From Acidimicrobiaceae bacterium (GTDB taxonomy: Bacteria; Actinomycetota; Acidimicrobiia; Acidimicrobiales; Ilumatobacteraceae): a DNA stretch of 42,332 nucleotides. The stretch covers positions 1-42,332 of the forward strand of contig CANLAH010000001.1 in NCBI GenBank assembly GCA_947488685.1. The letters run 5' to 3'. The position numbers and the translations under genes are program-made. Positions 30,401 through 36,608 of the stretch are shown here, piece by piece (within the stretch, counting starts at the first letter, position 1; every line of letters begins with the position of its first letter). The notes beneath the pieces are model-generated. The model did not search any database and had not been told where the DNA came from. It saw only the letters and a list, made by a program, of their open reading frames with translations.

Positions 30401-30603
30401 TTGTCAGGCTTTGGGAATCGTCTGGCGATCGAGTATCTGGAGAGTTGCGCATGACGAAAAACTCAGGTGTTTGGTCTGACGCGACGACTGTATATAACTC
30501 AAACGTTTTAGAGGATCAATTAGAAGCGATCGCGCATCTCAATGGTTCAATGATGCTCACAATGCGACCATTCGAGATTCGCACTCTACGATTTAAGCGA
30601 TGA
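27436..30603 (+). CDS. glycoside hydrolase family 38 alpha-mannosidase, cytoplasmic (no signal peptide)
   Basis: 1055 aa. GHAHLDTAWLWP, FLPDDFGY and QFHDILPGSSI motifs characteristic of GH38. Confidence 0.9.
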   Translation: MSKKSNPALVRCRRILNERIRPQIIANTADLEVSAAASHFEPVSFADAKRFVYEPFVLGSAIAPAWHTRWFILRGHIPKNWDIDATTTTVSVHLDLGFMGNYDGFQVEAMLYRDGYPVQAIQPDRRRYTLEVVTSGEDIELFLEVATTPMVSNISHGKEVSGPVITPYADPATSPMGSLYRLSVAQIERRLVSMEKFALVFETVLDLASDLATTDPMCATSVRVLEDAIASVDIAHIAPHAQGATEILETLLCLQNGDVAHQIVATGHAHLDTAWLWPLRETRRKAARTFVNAVGMARRHPDHVFSASQAQHYEWVRLDHPEMFRQIQRLVADGQWSPVGGMWVEADLNLSGGESLCRQFLYGQRFFEQWFGMRSNVAFLPDDFGYPAALPQIVSQSACSYFFTQKLSWNETNVFPHHLFWWEGLDGSKVLTHFSPIDTYNAINSPSQLRFAARNYLDHAISETSLSCFGHGDGGGGPTDEMVQRTQLLADVSGVPRVRFGSPSDFFAEVHEASGDIAPTWVGEMYLEKHRGTLTSQVKTKQASQDAERALRAAEIWSVSAGDSSPDLAGHWQNLLTQQFHDILPGSSITWVHQDAERILSEVISGARTISASALKTRNETFSLSVVNASSFDHCGVVVSDLPAGLAGLSTTEDLVVYQDDKVSTVQRLSSGRIAFMCSVPALSVVSVRIDRGVAAPPENAVTATQDDAGTLVANGRIAIHITPDGNIDSLIEESTHREVGARGTEMNSLVLRSDQPGEYDAWDIDEPDTRGTGDIIKGWSVELIDAGPLVATLRRTNSVGPSHFSHDIWVCAGESTVNNELHVLWNHDETRLQVQVPLDIHAGVATCGTQFGHIERPRHANTSWDAAKFEVCAHRYVHVGEPRFGAALMSAGPHGFDVRGTSLAMSLLRSPRFPDPVADRGEQTLHWSIWINAGEAFSAGLEAQAHRLTDPVYTVQGEAHISACLTHDLNGVVIEAIKHAQDGSGDIVVRLWESSGDRVSGELRMTKNSGVWSDATTVYNSNVLEDQLEAIAHLNGSMMLTMRPFEIRTLRFKR

Positions 30604-30962
30604 ACAAGAATTCACGGGGTCTCTTAATTTTTGATGGACAGTGCGGATTCTGTCGGCGATGGATCCGTTACATGAATCGTTTCAAGCATCACCCAGACTC
30701 AGTGGCCTGGCAAGAAACAGATCTTCAAGCAGTTGGGCTGACTCCAGAGCAGTGCACGACGGCGGTGCAGTGGGTTGGGCCAGACGGAGTCGTGGCGTCG
30801 GGTTCAGATGCCGCGGCCAGAGTATTAATCGTTGCGGGTTTACCCTGGAGCCTTGCAGGGCGAATCATGTTTGTGCCGGGTATTCGCGCAATCGCGCAGC
30901 GCAGTTATCGATGGGTTGCGAATAATCGATATCGGTTTCGCGGAGATCCACTTCCTGAATAA
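30600..30962 (+). CDS. DCC-family thiol-disulfide oxidoreductase (DUF393)
   Basis: 120 aa. N-terminal LIFDGQCGFCRRW CxxC motif. ATGA overlap with the GH38 stop. Confidence 0.75.
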   Translation: MNKNSRGLLIFDGQCGFCRRWIRYMNRFKHHPDSVAWQETDLQAVGLTPEQCTTAVQWVGPDGVVASGSDAAARVLIVAGLPWSLAGRIMFVPGIRAIAQRSYRWVANNRYRFRGDPLPE

Positions 30963-30964
30963 CT

Positions 30965-31717
30965 TTACTTTGGTAAAAAGTTTGCCCCTCGTAGTTCGTT
31001 GAGTTCTTGCACGAGGTGGTCAAGATGTTGAGAATCTTCGGTCAGAAGTAGTCGTTGACGATCTGCATCAATGGGCAGTGCTGCTATCAAGTCAGGCCAC
31101 TGGCAAAAAGTCTTGCCTAATACAATTTGCAAGGCCTCAGTGATGCTTGAGACAGGGCTCTTGTCGTAATCAAGTAGAAGTTTTTCTACGTCGTTCTTTT
31201 TAAGTTTTCGTGCAAGACCACTTGCCGCTATGCGCCGCGAGAGATATGGGGAAAAATAACCTCGATACCGCTCTTGCAGGTTCTTTTGGCGCCAATCGTC
31301 GCCAGTGATTTCGCCTCGGCAATCAATTGAATTGCAGTGACAGACAAATCGTCGACGAGAAGTTCCGTTGGTCATGGCATCGTCGTATGTGATCTCCAGA
31401 CCAGCAGGGATATCTTTCATTGCAACGATTTGTACTGCGTTTAAAAATCCGCTATTTGGATGACACGAGTGATTGATGAAGTAAGTATCAACTGGGTCAG
31501 CAATTGTTTGGACAAAAAGATTGTCCTCAATCTGAAGAGCAGTCCGCATGTGTTCTTGGGGTATGTGCTCAAGAACGTCAGATGAGTAGATCATCGAGCC
31601 GCATACAGCGATAACTGTTCCGACGCTGATGGGAGAAATAGCAAAGATGCCGAGTTGGTTGCCGTCAAGCAGCCGTGCTTCAGCACGAGGAGTAAGTAGA
31701 TGACACAGATACGCCAT
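30965..31717 (-). CDS. SET-domain protein methyltransferase with an extra C-terminal domain of about 90 aa
   Basis: 250 aa. GIFA...G, FINHSCHPN, EITYDD and post-SET CHCNSIDCRG in canonical order. Residues from about 160 to 250 have no recognised motif. Confidence 0.8.
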   Translation of the reverse strand: MAYLCHLLTPRAEARLLDGNQLGIFAISPISVGTVIAVCGSMIYSSDVLEHIPQEHMRTALQIEDNLFVQTIADPVDTYFINHSCHPNSGFLNAVQIVAMKDIPAGLEITYDDAMTNGTSRRRFVCHCNSIDCRGEITGDDWRQKNLQERYRGYFSPYLSRRIAASGLARKLKKNDVEKLLLDYDKSPVSSITEALQIVLGKTFCQWPDLIAALPIDADRQRLLLTEDSQHLDHLVQELNELRGANFLPK

Positions 31718-31867
31718 GGCGGGCCAACCTCAACTCCGCCCGCTGAGGTTGCCAACACGGTATCGGCTGCAATGCGTCGACCCACCTTGGCGGCTTATCT
31801 GGACAGGTAAATCTGGTTATCCCTTGCTACGGTTGTGACGCAGAGTTAATTGCAAAAAGGGGACACA

Positions 31868-32035
31868 ATGACCGACTGGAACTTTGGGTTAATTTTCAAG
31901 GCGAATGCCAAGAAGGCACCTCATCGCCGTGCCCAGATATATGCCGGAAAATCCCAGGACTGGGGCACGTTTCACCAAAGTGCCAACGCTTTAGCCGCAG
32001 ACATGTTGGCAGCCGAAACTGTTGGCGCATCATGA
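31868..32035 (+). pseudogene. 55-codon remnant resembling the N-terminus of an AMP-dependent acyl-CoA ligase (or a small coupled ORF)
   Basis: MTDWNFGLIFKANAKKAPHRRAQIYAGKSQDWGTFHQSANALAADMLAAETVGAS matches the usual ligase N-terminal pattern (hydrophobic-x3-A-x3-P-x-R-x-A...ANxLAxxL..G) but stops before any AMP-binding core. AAAGGGGA RBS; ATGA overlap with the next gene. Confidence 0.35.
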
Positions 32036-32898
32036 GTTCTGATCGCGCTCATAATCTGCGTCACCGCTTAAGTCAGGGCGAGACAGTGTTAATGCCAGGT
32101 GTATGGGATCCGTTGTCTGCACTTCTGACTCGAGATGCGGGGTTCACCACAGTGTTCATGTCCGGGTTTTGTGTATCAGCCACATTACTTGGTGAACCAG
32201 ATATCGGATTAGTGACACAAGCAGAGATGGCTGAAGTCGCGCGCAGAGTGTGCGCTGCAGTTCCAGATATCAATGTCGTTGTTGACGCAGACACTGGATA
32301 CGGAAACCCAAGCAACGTAATTCGCACGGTAGATCTCTGGGAGCAAGCCGGTGCTGCCGGAATGTTTTTAGAAGATCAGGTGTGGCCAAAAAAGTGCGGA
32401 CACATGGACGGCAAACAGGTCGTGCCCCGTCAGGATTGGCTAGCAAAATTACGCGCAGCAGTTGATCATCGAGATGCGCTGCACATCACTGCGCGCACTG
32501 ATGCGCGCGGAGTAGAGGGTCTGCCTGAAGCAATAGAGCGAGCAAAGATGGCCCGCGACACAGGTGTTGATGCTGTATTTGTTGAAGCTCCTCAGTCAAT
32601 CGAGGAGTTAGAAACTATTGCAGCAGCGCTGGCAGATATCACATTGGTTGCCAACATGGTGGAGACAGGCAAAACTCCCTTGTTGACACCTACAGAACTG
32701 TCATCCCTCGGATTTAACCTCATCGTGTCACCTTTGACGAGCCTCTTCTCAATGACCAAGGCCATCTCTGAGAGTCTGCAAATTTTGGCCACGGACGGAA
32801 CCATGCGGGATCATCTAGATCGGCTGACGCCCTTTGATGAGTTCACGACTGTCGTTGGACTTGATAAACACCTCGCCAATGAAGCCGACTACCGCTAA
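32032..32898 (+). CDS. isocitrate lyase / PEP mutase superfamily enzyme (methylisocitrate-lyase or carboxyvinyl-carboxyphosphonate phosphorylmutase-like)
   Basis: 288 aa. MPGVWDPLSA, DADTGYG and KKCGHMDGK motifs of the ICL/PEPM family. Confidence 0.85.
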   Translation: MSSDRAHNLRHRLSQGETVLMPGVWDPLSALLTRDAGFTTVFMSGFCVSATLLGEPDIGLVTQAEMAEVARRVCAAVPDINVVVDADTGYGNPSNVIRTVDLWEQAGAAGMFLEDQVWPKKCGHMDGKQVVPRQDWLAKLRAAVDHRDALHITARTDARGVEGLPEAIERAKMARDTGVDAVFVEAPQSIEELETIAAALADITLVANMVETGKTPLLTPTELSSLGFNLIVSPLTSLFSMTKAISESLQILATDGTMRDHLDRLTPFDEFTTVVGLDKHLANEADYR

Positions 32899-32906
32899 AG
32901 TAGGGG

Positions 32907-33056
32907 AGTCGCATTAAGAGAGACCAACAGGTCCGGCAACCGGGGTGCAAGCCGTACGGTGCCAGCCCATTTCACGATGGGGATGTGGTTGCGTTTCGGC
33001 GCAACAACGGGCTGTTGATCTTTCCTGATGCGAGAAATTTGTAGTCATCGGAAAGA
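32907..33056 (+). promoter_or_regulatory. SAM-I-clan (S-box-like, minimal P2) riboswitch plus SD-sequestering expression platform upstream of metX
   Basis: Hand fold. P1 AGUCGCAUU (32907-15) pairs with GAUGUGGUU (32982-90). J1/2 is AAGAGA. P2 is GACC-AACA-GGUC. P3 pairs the conserved GGCAACC (32935-41) with GGUGCC (32958-63). P4 is CCCAU-UUCACG-AUGGG (32966-81). Downstream, UCUUUCC(U)GAUG (33019-30) pairs with CAUCGGAAAGA (33046-56), covering the GAAAGAAGGA Shine-Dalgarno of the metX ATG at 33064. Confidence 0.6.
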
Positions 33057-33063
33057 AGGATCC

Positions 33064-34263
33064 ATGCGTCAAGCAAATGAGCACACGGGCGTTGCGTACG
33101 CACCCACTGGCGCATGGCTTCGTGGCGACGCGGTCGGCCATCGATCCTTTTTTACATTCGCCACTCAACGCCCTTTTACATTGGATAGCGGTGCAGCACT
33201 GCAAGATGTGACATTGGCCTACGAAACATGGGGCACGCTAAATGACGATCGCTCCAATGCGATCTTGATTTGCCATGCATGGACAGGCGATAGTCATGTT
33301 GCAGGCGAAGCAGAAGAAGGACATCCCACTCCAGGTTGGTGGGAAGGAGTTGTGGGCCCTGGACAAGCCGTTGACACGAATAAATATTTCGTGGTGTGCA
33401 GCAATGTGCTCGGTGGATGTCAAGGGTCGACCGGTCCGACATCACCTCATCCCGATGATGGCGCTCCATATGCGCTGCGCTTCCCTGCGGTCACGATTCG
33501 CGACATGGTGCGTGCTCAAGCATCACTTACAGATTTTCTTGGCATCGATGCGTGGCACAGCGTCATCGGCGGCTCAATGGGCGGCATGCAAGTGCTGGAG
33601 TGGGCGATCACGTATCCGCACAGAGTGAACTCAATTGTCCCGATAGCGACATGCATTGAGTCAAGTGCACAACAAATTGCATGGGGTGCGATTGGACGGC
33701 GCGCACTACTCATGGATCCACTATGGAATGGTGGTGATTACTACGGTGCCGCACCAGATCAGGGTCCATGGCATGGTCTTGCGGTGGCGCGAATGATCGC
33801 GCAAGTCACGTTTCGAACTGACAACCGATTCAATGAAAAATTCGGACGTGAATTATGCGATACAAACTTTCATAGCGACGGCATCGATCTCTTTGATCGA
33901 TATGAGGTAGAAAACTATCTTGACTATCACGGCGACAAACTCATTCGGCGTTTTGATGCAAATAGTTATTTGTATATCGGCAAAGCGATGGACCTACATG
34001 ATGTCGGTCGTGGTCGCGGAGGTGTCGCCCGTGCAATGAATCGAATCACGGCACCAACTTTGACAATTGGTATCGACAGCGACATCTTGTATCCGGAATA
34101 CCAACAAGAGTTGCTACACGAAAGCGTCAGCAAAAAGCATCCACTCACTCGGTATGCACAGATTTCTAGCCCCGAGGGTCACGATGGATTTTTAATTGAG
34201 ACAAACAAAATCAGCGCAGAGCTTGCTGCATTTTTATCCGCACTCAATGAGGTGGTTCGTTAG
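33064..34263 (+). CDS. metX: homoserine O-acetyltransferase
   Basis: ORF 33028..34263 trimmed to ATG 33064. LICHAWTGDSH, nucleophile elbow GGSMGGMQ, and C-terminal GHDGFL typical of MetX. Confidence 0.9.
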   Translation: MRQANEHTGVAYAPTGAWLRGDAVGHRSFFTFATQRPFTLDSGAALQDVTLAYETWGTLNDDRSNAILICHAWTGDSHVAGEAEEGHPTPGWWEGVVGPGQAVDTNKYFVVCSNVLGGCQGSTGPTSPHPDDGAPYALRFPAVTIRDMVRAQASLTDFLGIDAWHSVIGGSMGGMQVLEWAITYPHRVNSIVPIATCIESSAQQIAWGAIGRRALLMDPLWNGGDYYGAAPDQGPWHGLAVARMIAQVTFRTDNRFNEKFGRELCDTNFHSDGIDLFDRYEVENYLDYHGDKLIRRFDANSYLYIGKAMDLHDVGRGRGGVARAMNRITAPTLTIGIDSDILYPEYQQELLHESVSKKHPLTRYAQISSPEGHDGFLIETNKISAELAAFLSALNEVVR

Positions 34264-34660
34264 GCGTTCTCAGTAGTGCGTCAAGCCTGCTCACGCAGAC
34301 GCTCCGGGAAGGCACTCGTAGTAGCAGTTGCTCAGTCTGGCGAAGTAGGTACAAGTTTCGACCCTTTGGAGGATCTGGCACGACGCCTGTCATTTTCCAG
34401 TCACCACTGATTTGGCTCTTGACCACGCCTCGTACTCGAAGTTGTACCAAACCATCGGGAGTGATGGTTGCTCGAGCCTCGCGCCATCGACTTGACGTTG
34501 AGCCATTTTGTGCCACAACATGAACTCGACATGTAAATCGAGAACCATCCTTGGCCGACCAATGGGCTTCGTGTTTCTGCAGGTACCACCACAATGCACC
34601 GAGGACGCCAAGAAATGCGCTTGCAGAGAGAATATTTTCCACAGGTGGATAGTCTCTCAC
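34244..34660 (-). CDS. hypothetical membrane-anchored protein (possibly DUF2550-like)
   Basis: 138 aa with a GTG start. One N-terminal TM helix (ILSASAFLGVLGALWWYL), then a soluble region containing RWREARATITPDGLVQLRV. The family assignment is only a resemblance from memory. Confidence 0.4.
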   Translation of the reverse strand: MRDYPPVENILSASAFLGVLGALWWYLQKHEAHWSAKDGSRFTCRVHVVAQNGSTSSRWREARATITPDGLVQLRVRGVVKSQISGDWKMTGVVPDPPKGRNLYLLRQTEQLLLRVPSRSVCVSRLDALLRTPNEPPH

Positions 34661-34680
34661 GCACTGTCACTTGAATTGAA

Positions 34681-35130
34681 GTGGAGCCGTGCGAGACTAT
34701 AAAGATGCTCTCGGCCATGCTCGGATCTCAGTTGTTTGTGAATCTGATTGCTGGGGGTCTGATCTTGTTTGGCTTGGGTCTATTATCTGCGACGATAATT
34801 TTTTGGCGCAGTGCGCATCCCGATCCTGAACTACTTGGCCCGCTTGAAATCATGTATGACCGAAAATTTGCTCGAGCAGATGAACAAGAAAGGCTTGCCC
34901 TTCTTAACCAATACCGTCCACTTGATGCCGACCCGATTATCGAGTCTCAGGCTCCCACGGTCTTGAGCCGTGAGCCTGATTCGGAACCGTCAAAAGAAGT
35001 ACTTGATCCATTTTCACATGATGATGATGCTGTCGATGTGATCCAGAACCCCTCGGTAGTGCCTGATCTGATTGATCCACTGATTCACCAATTTCATAAA
35101 GACGGAGGTTCCAAGAATGTCAACATTTAA
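34681..35130 (+). CDS. hypothetical membrane protein with an acidic C-terminal tail
   Basis: 149 aa. One TM helix (LFVNLIAGGLILFGLGLLSATIIFW). The start is ambiguous (GTG 34681, ATG 34705 or 34717). Confidence 0.45.
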   Translation: MEPCETIKMLSAMLGSQLFVNLIAGGLILFGLGLLSATIIFWRSAHPDPELLGPLEIMYDRKFARADEQERLALLNQYRPLDADPIIESQAPTVLSREPDSEPSKEVLDPFSHDDDAVDVIQNPSVVPDLIDPLIHQFHKDGGSKNVNI

Positions 35131-35338
35131 TCCAGACGAGATGATCGCTCGTTATCGAGACCGAGCAGCAGCAGTGCGCAAAAGACCCTTGCCGCCAGTG
35201 GCAGGTGAAGAACGGCAACATTTTATCGCTCAAGCAGAAGCCGATTTTCAAGACTTCGCAATCATCGGTGATTCAGTTGCGACAATCGAAGAAGGTGTGC
35301 TCGTACTTCGAATTGATATGCGCCCCACAGGCGCATGA
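35117..35338 (+). CDS. hypothetical small soluble protein (73 aa)
   Basis: Strong GGAGG sits 9 nt upstream of ATG 35117. Its stop overlaps the EamA start (ATGA). No motif recognised. Confidence 0.5.
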   Translation: MSTFNPDEMIARYRDRAAAVRKRPLPPVAGEERQHFIAQAEADFQDFAIIGDSVATIEEGVLVLRIDMRPTGA

Positions 35339-36285
35339 CATCGGTGCTCGCGAGAGCGCGTGCTGCTGGATCAGCGCGGGACGATCTTCCCGTGTTGGCT
35401 GCCGTGGTGTCTGTGTTGGCGTGGGGGTCTGGACCGCTAATGACGCGAGCGATGTCAGTTCCAACGCCGACGCTGGTGTTTTATCGACTCGCTATCGGTG
35501 CTCCGTTAATGATCGTTATCGCCTACAGAACCGGTGGTAAGTGCACTCTTGCATTAACGAAAAAGACAGCAATTCCTGGAATCTTATTCGGACTCTCAAT
35601 GCTGACAGGCTTCGCATCAGTCAAACTCACGAGTATCGCTAACGCAACATTGATTACTACTTTGCAGCCAGCGCTGGTACTGCTTGTTGCTCCGCGACTG
35701 TTTGGAGAGCAATGGCGCCTCAAACGTGTGTCGCTTGCTGGTGTTGCTTTTGCGGGAGTATCTATTGTGGTTTTGGCTGCAGCGTCAACGAGTGGGGCGA
35801 GCGTCGAGGGAGACCTGTTGGCAGGAGTCAATGTTGTGATCTGGACGACATATTTTTTAATGGCGAAACATCTGCGCAACAGTGGCATGCATTCCTGGAC
35901 TCTGCTGGCGTATGTTTTTTCGTGGGCATCAGTAGTGGTCGTTCCGTGGGCATTACTGTCACACAGTGACCTGGGCGCGATGAATGCCAAGGATTGGTTT
36001 CTTGTTATTTTGATGTCTCTTATTCCAGGAATTCTCGGACACGGCCTAATGACGTGGGCACAAAGACATATCGACGTCACGCTTGCATCGCTTCTTGGTC
36101 TTGCGAGTCCAGTGATTTCAACAATTGGTGCCTGGATTATCTTTGATCAACGTCTTCGTCCGCTGCAGATTGCGGGGGCTTGCATTGTTTTGGGTGCGCT
36201 AGCGGCTCTCTTGCGCAGTTACCGTGGTGCTGGCGTCGCAATAGATGACGCCATCACGCCATCGGTAGACCCATTGCTCTCCTGA
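35335..36285 (+). CDS. EamA/DMT-superfamily transporter
   Basis: 316 aa, about 10 TM helices in two repeats, typical EamA pattern. Confidence 0.8.
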   Translation: MTSVLARARAAGSARDDLPVLAAVVSVLAWGSGPLMTRAMSVPTPTLVFYRLAIGAPLMIVIAYRTGGKCTLALTKKTAIPGILFGLSMLTGFASVKLTSIANATLITTLQPALVLLVAPRLFGEQWRLKRVSLAGVAFAGVSIVVLAAASTSGASVEGDLLAGVNVVIWTTYFLMAKHLRNSGMHSWTLLAYVFSWASVVVVPWALLSHSDLGAMNAKDWFLVILMSLIPGILGHGLMTWAQRHIDVTLASLLGLASPVISTIGAWIIFDQRLRPLQIAGACIVLGALAALLRSYRGAGVAIDDAITPSVDPLLS

Positions 36286-36299
36286 GTCTTGTTGAAGCC

Positions 36300-36317
36300 G
36301 AAATAGCCCTCTATTTC
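36300..36317 (+). terminator. hairpin GAAATAG-CCCT-CTATTTC downstream of the EamA gene
   Basis: 7-bp perfect stem seen directly, 15 nt after the stop. No U-tract follows, so terminator function is uncertain. Confidence 0.3.
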
Positions 36318-36398
36318 GCTAGATAGTCGCAATCTCGCGCTGACAACAACACGACTAGGTCCTTTCTGCGGGAATTCTTGCTAGTCTGTTATCTCCAC

Positions 36399-36473
36399 GC
36401 GGATGTGGCTCAGTGGTAGAGCATCACCTTGCCAAGGTGAGGGTCGCGAGTTCGAATCTCGTCATCCGCTCCA
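36399..36473 (+). tRNA. tRNA-Gly (anticodon GCC), CCA encoded
   Basis: GCGGATG-TG-GCTC-AGTGGTA-GAGC-A-TCACC-TTGCCAA-GGTGA-GGGTC-GCGAG-TTCGAAT-CTCGT-CATCCGC-T-CCA forms a clean cloverleaf. Confidence 0.95.
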
Positions 36474-36487
36474 ATTTTGGGGTTTAA

Positions 36488-36504
36488 TCGTTAGCGGCTA
36501 ACGA
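36488..36504 (+). terminator. 17-nt perfect palindrome TCGTTAGC-G-GCTAACGA just 3' of tRNA-Gly
   Basis: Seen directly. It could form a 6-7 bp hairpin. No U-tract follows. Confidence 0.3.
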
Positions 36505-36569
36505 CTTGAGTGCGTCATAGAGCGCGCTTGATTGCCCAGTCAACTAAGACGTCAGTTCAAATGTGCATG

Positions 36570-36607
36570 GCGTGTGAGGCGTGTGAGGCCTTGCGATAAG
36601 GTCGCAA
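36570..36607 (+). promoter_or_regulatory. tandem 9-mer (GCGTGTGAG x2) followed by inverted repeat TTGCGA-TAAGG-TCGCAA, abutting the hydrolase start codon
   Basis: Seen directly at 36570-36587 and 36591-36607. The inverted repeat encloses the only SD-like element (TAAGG) before ATG 36609. Confidence 0.3.
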
Positions 36608-36608
36608 T

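Noticed and set aside
32914-33204. 96-aa minus-strand ORF spanning the metX leader
   Set aside because: It overlaps the riboswitch-like structure and the metX 5' end. It has no motif and no RBS. The region is better explained as a regulatory RNA.
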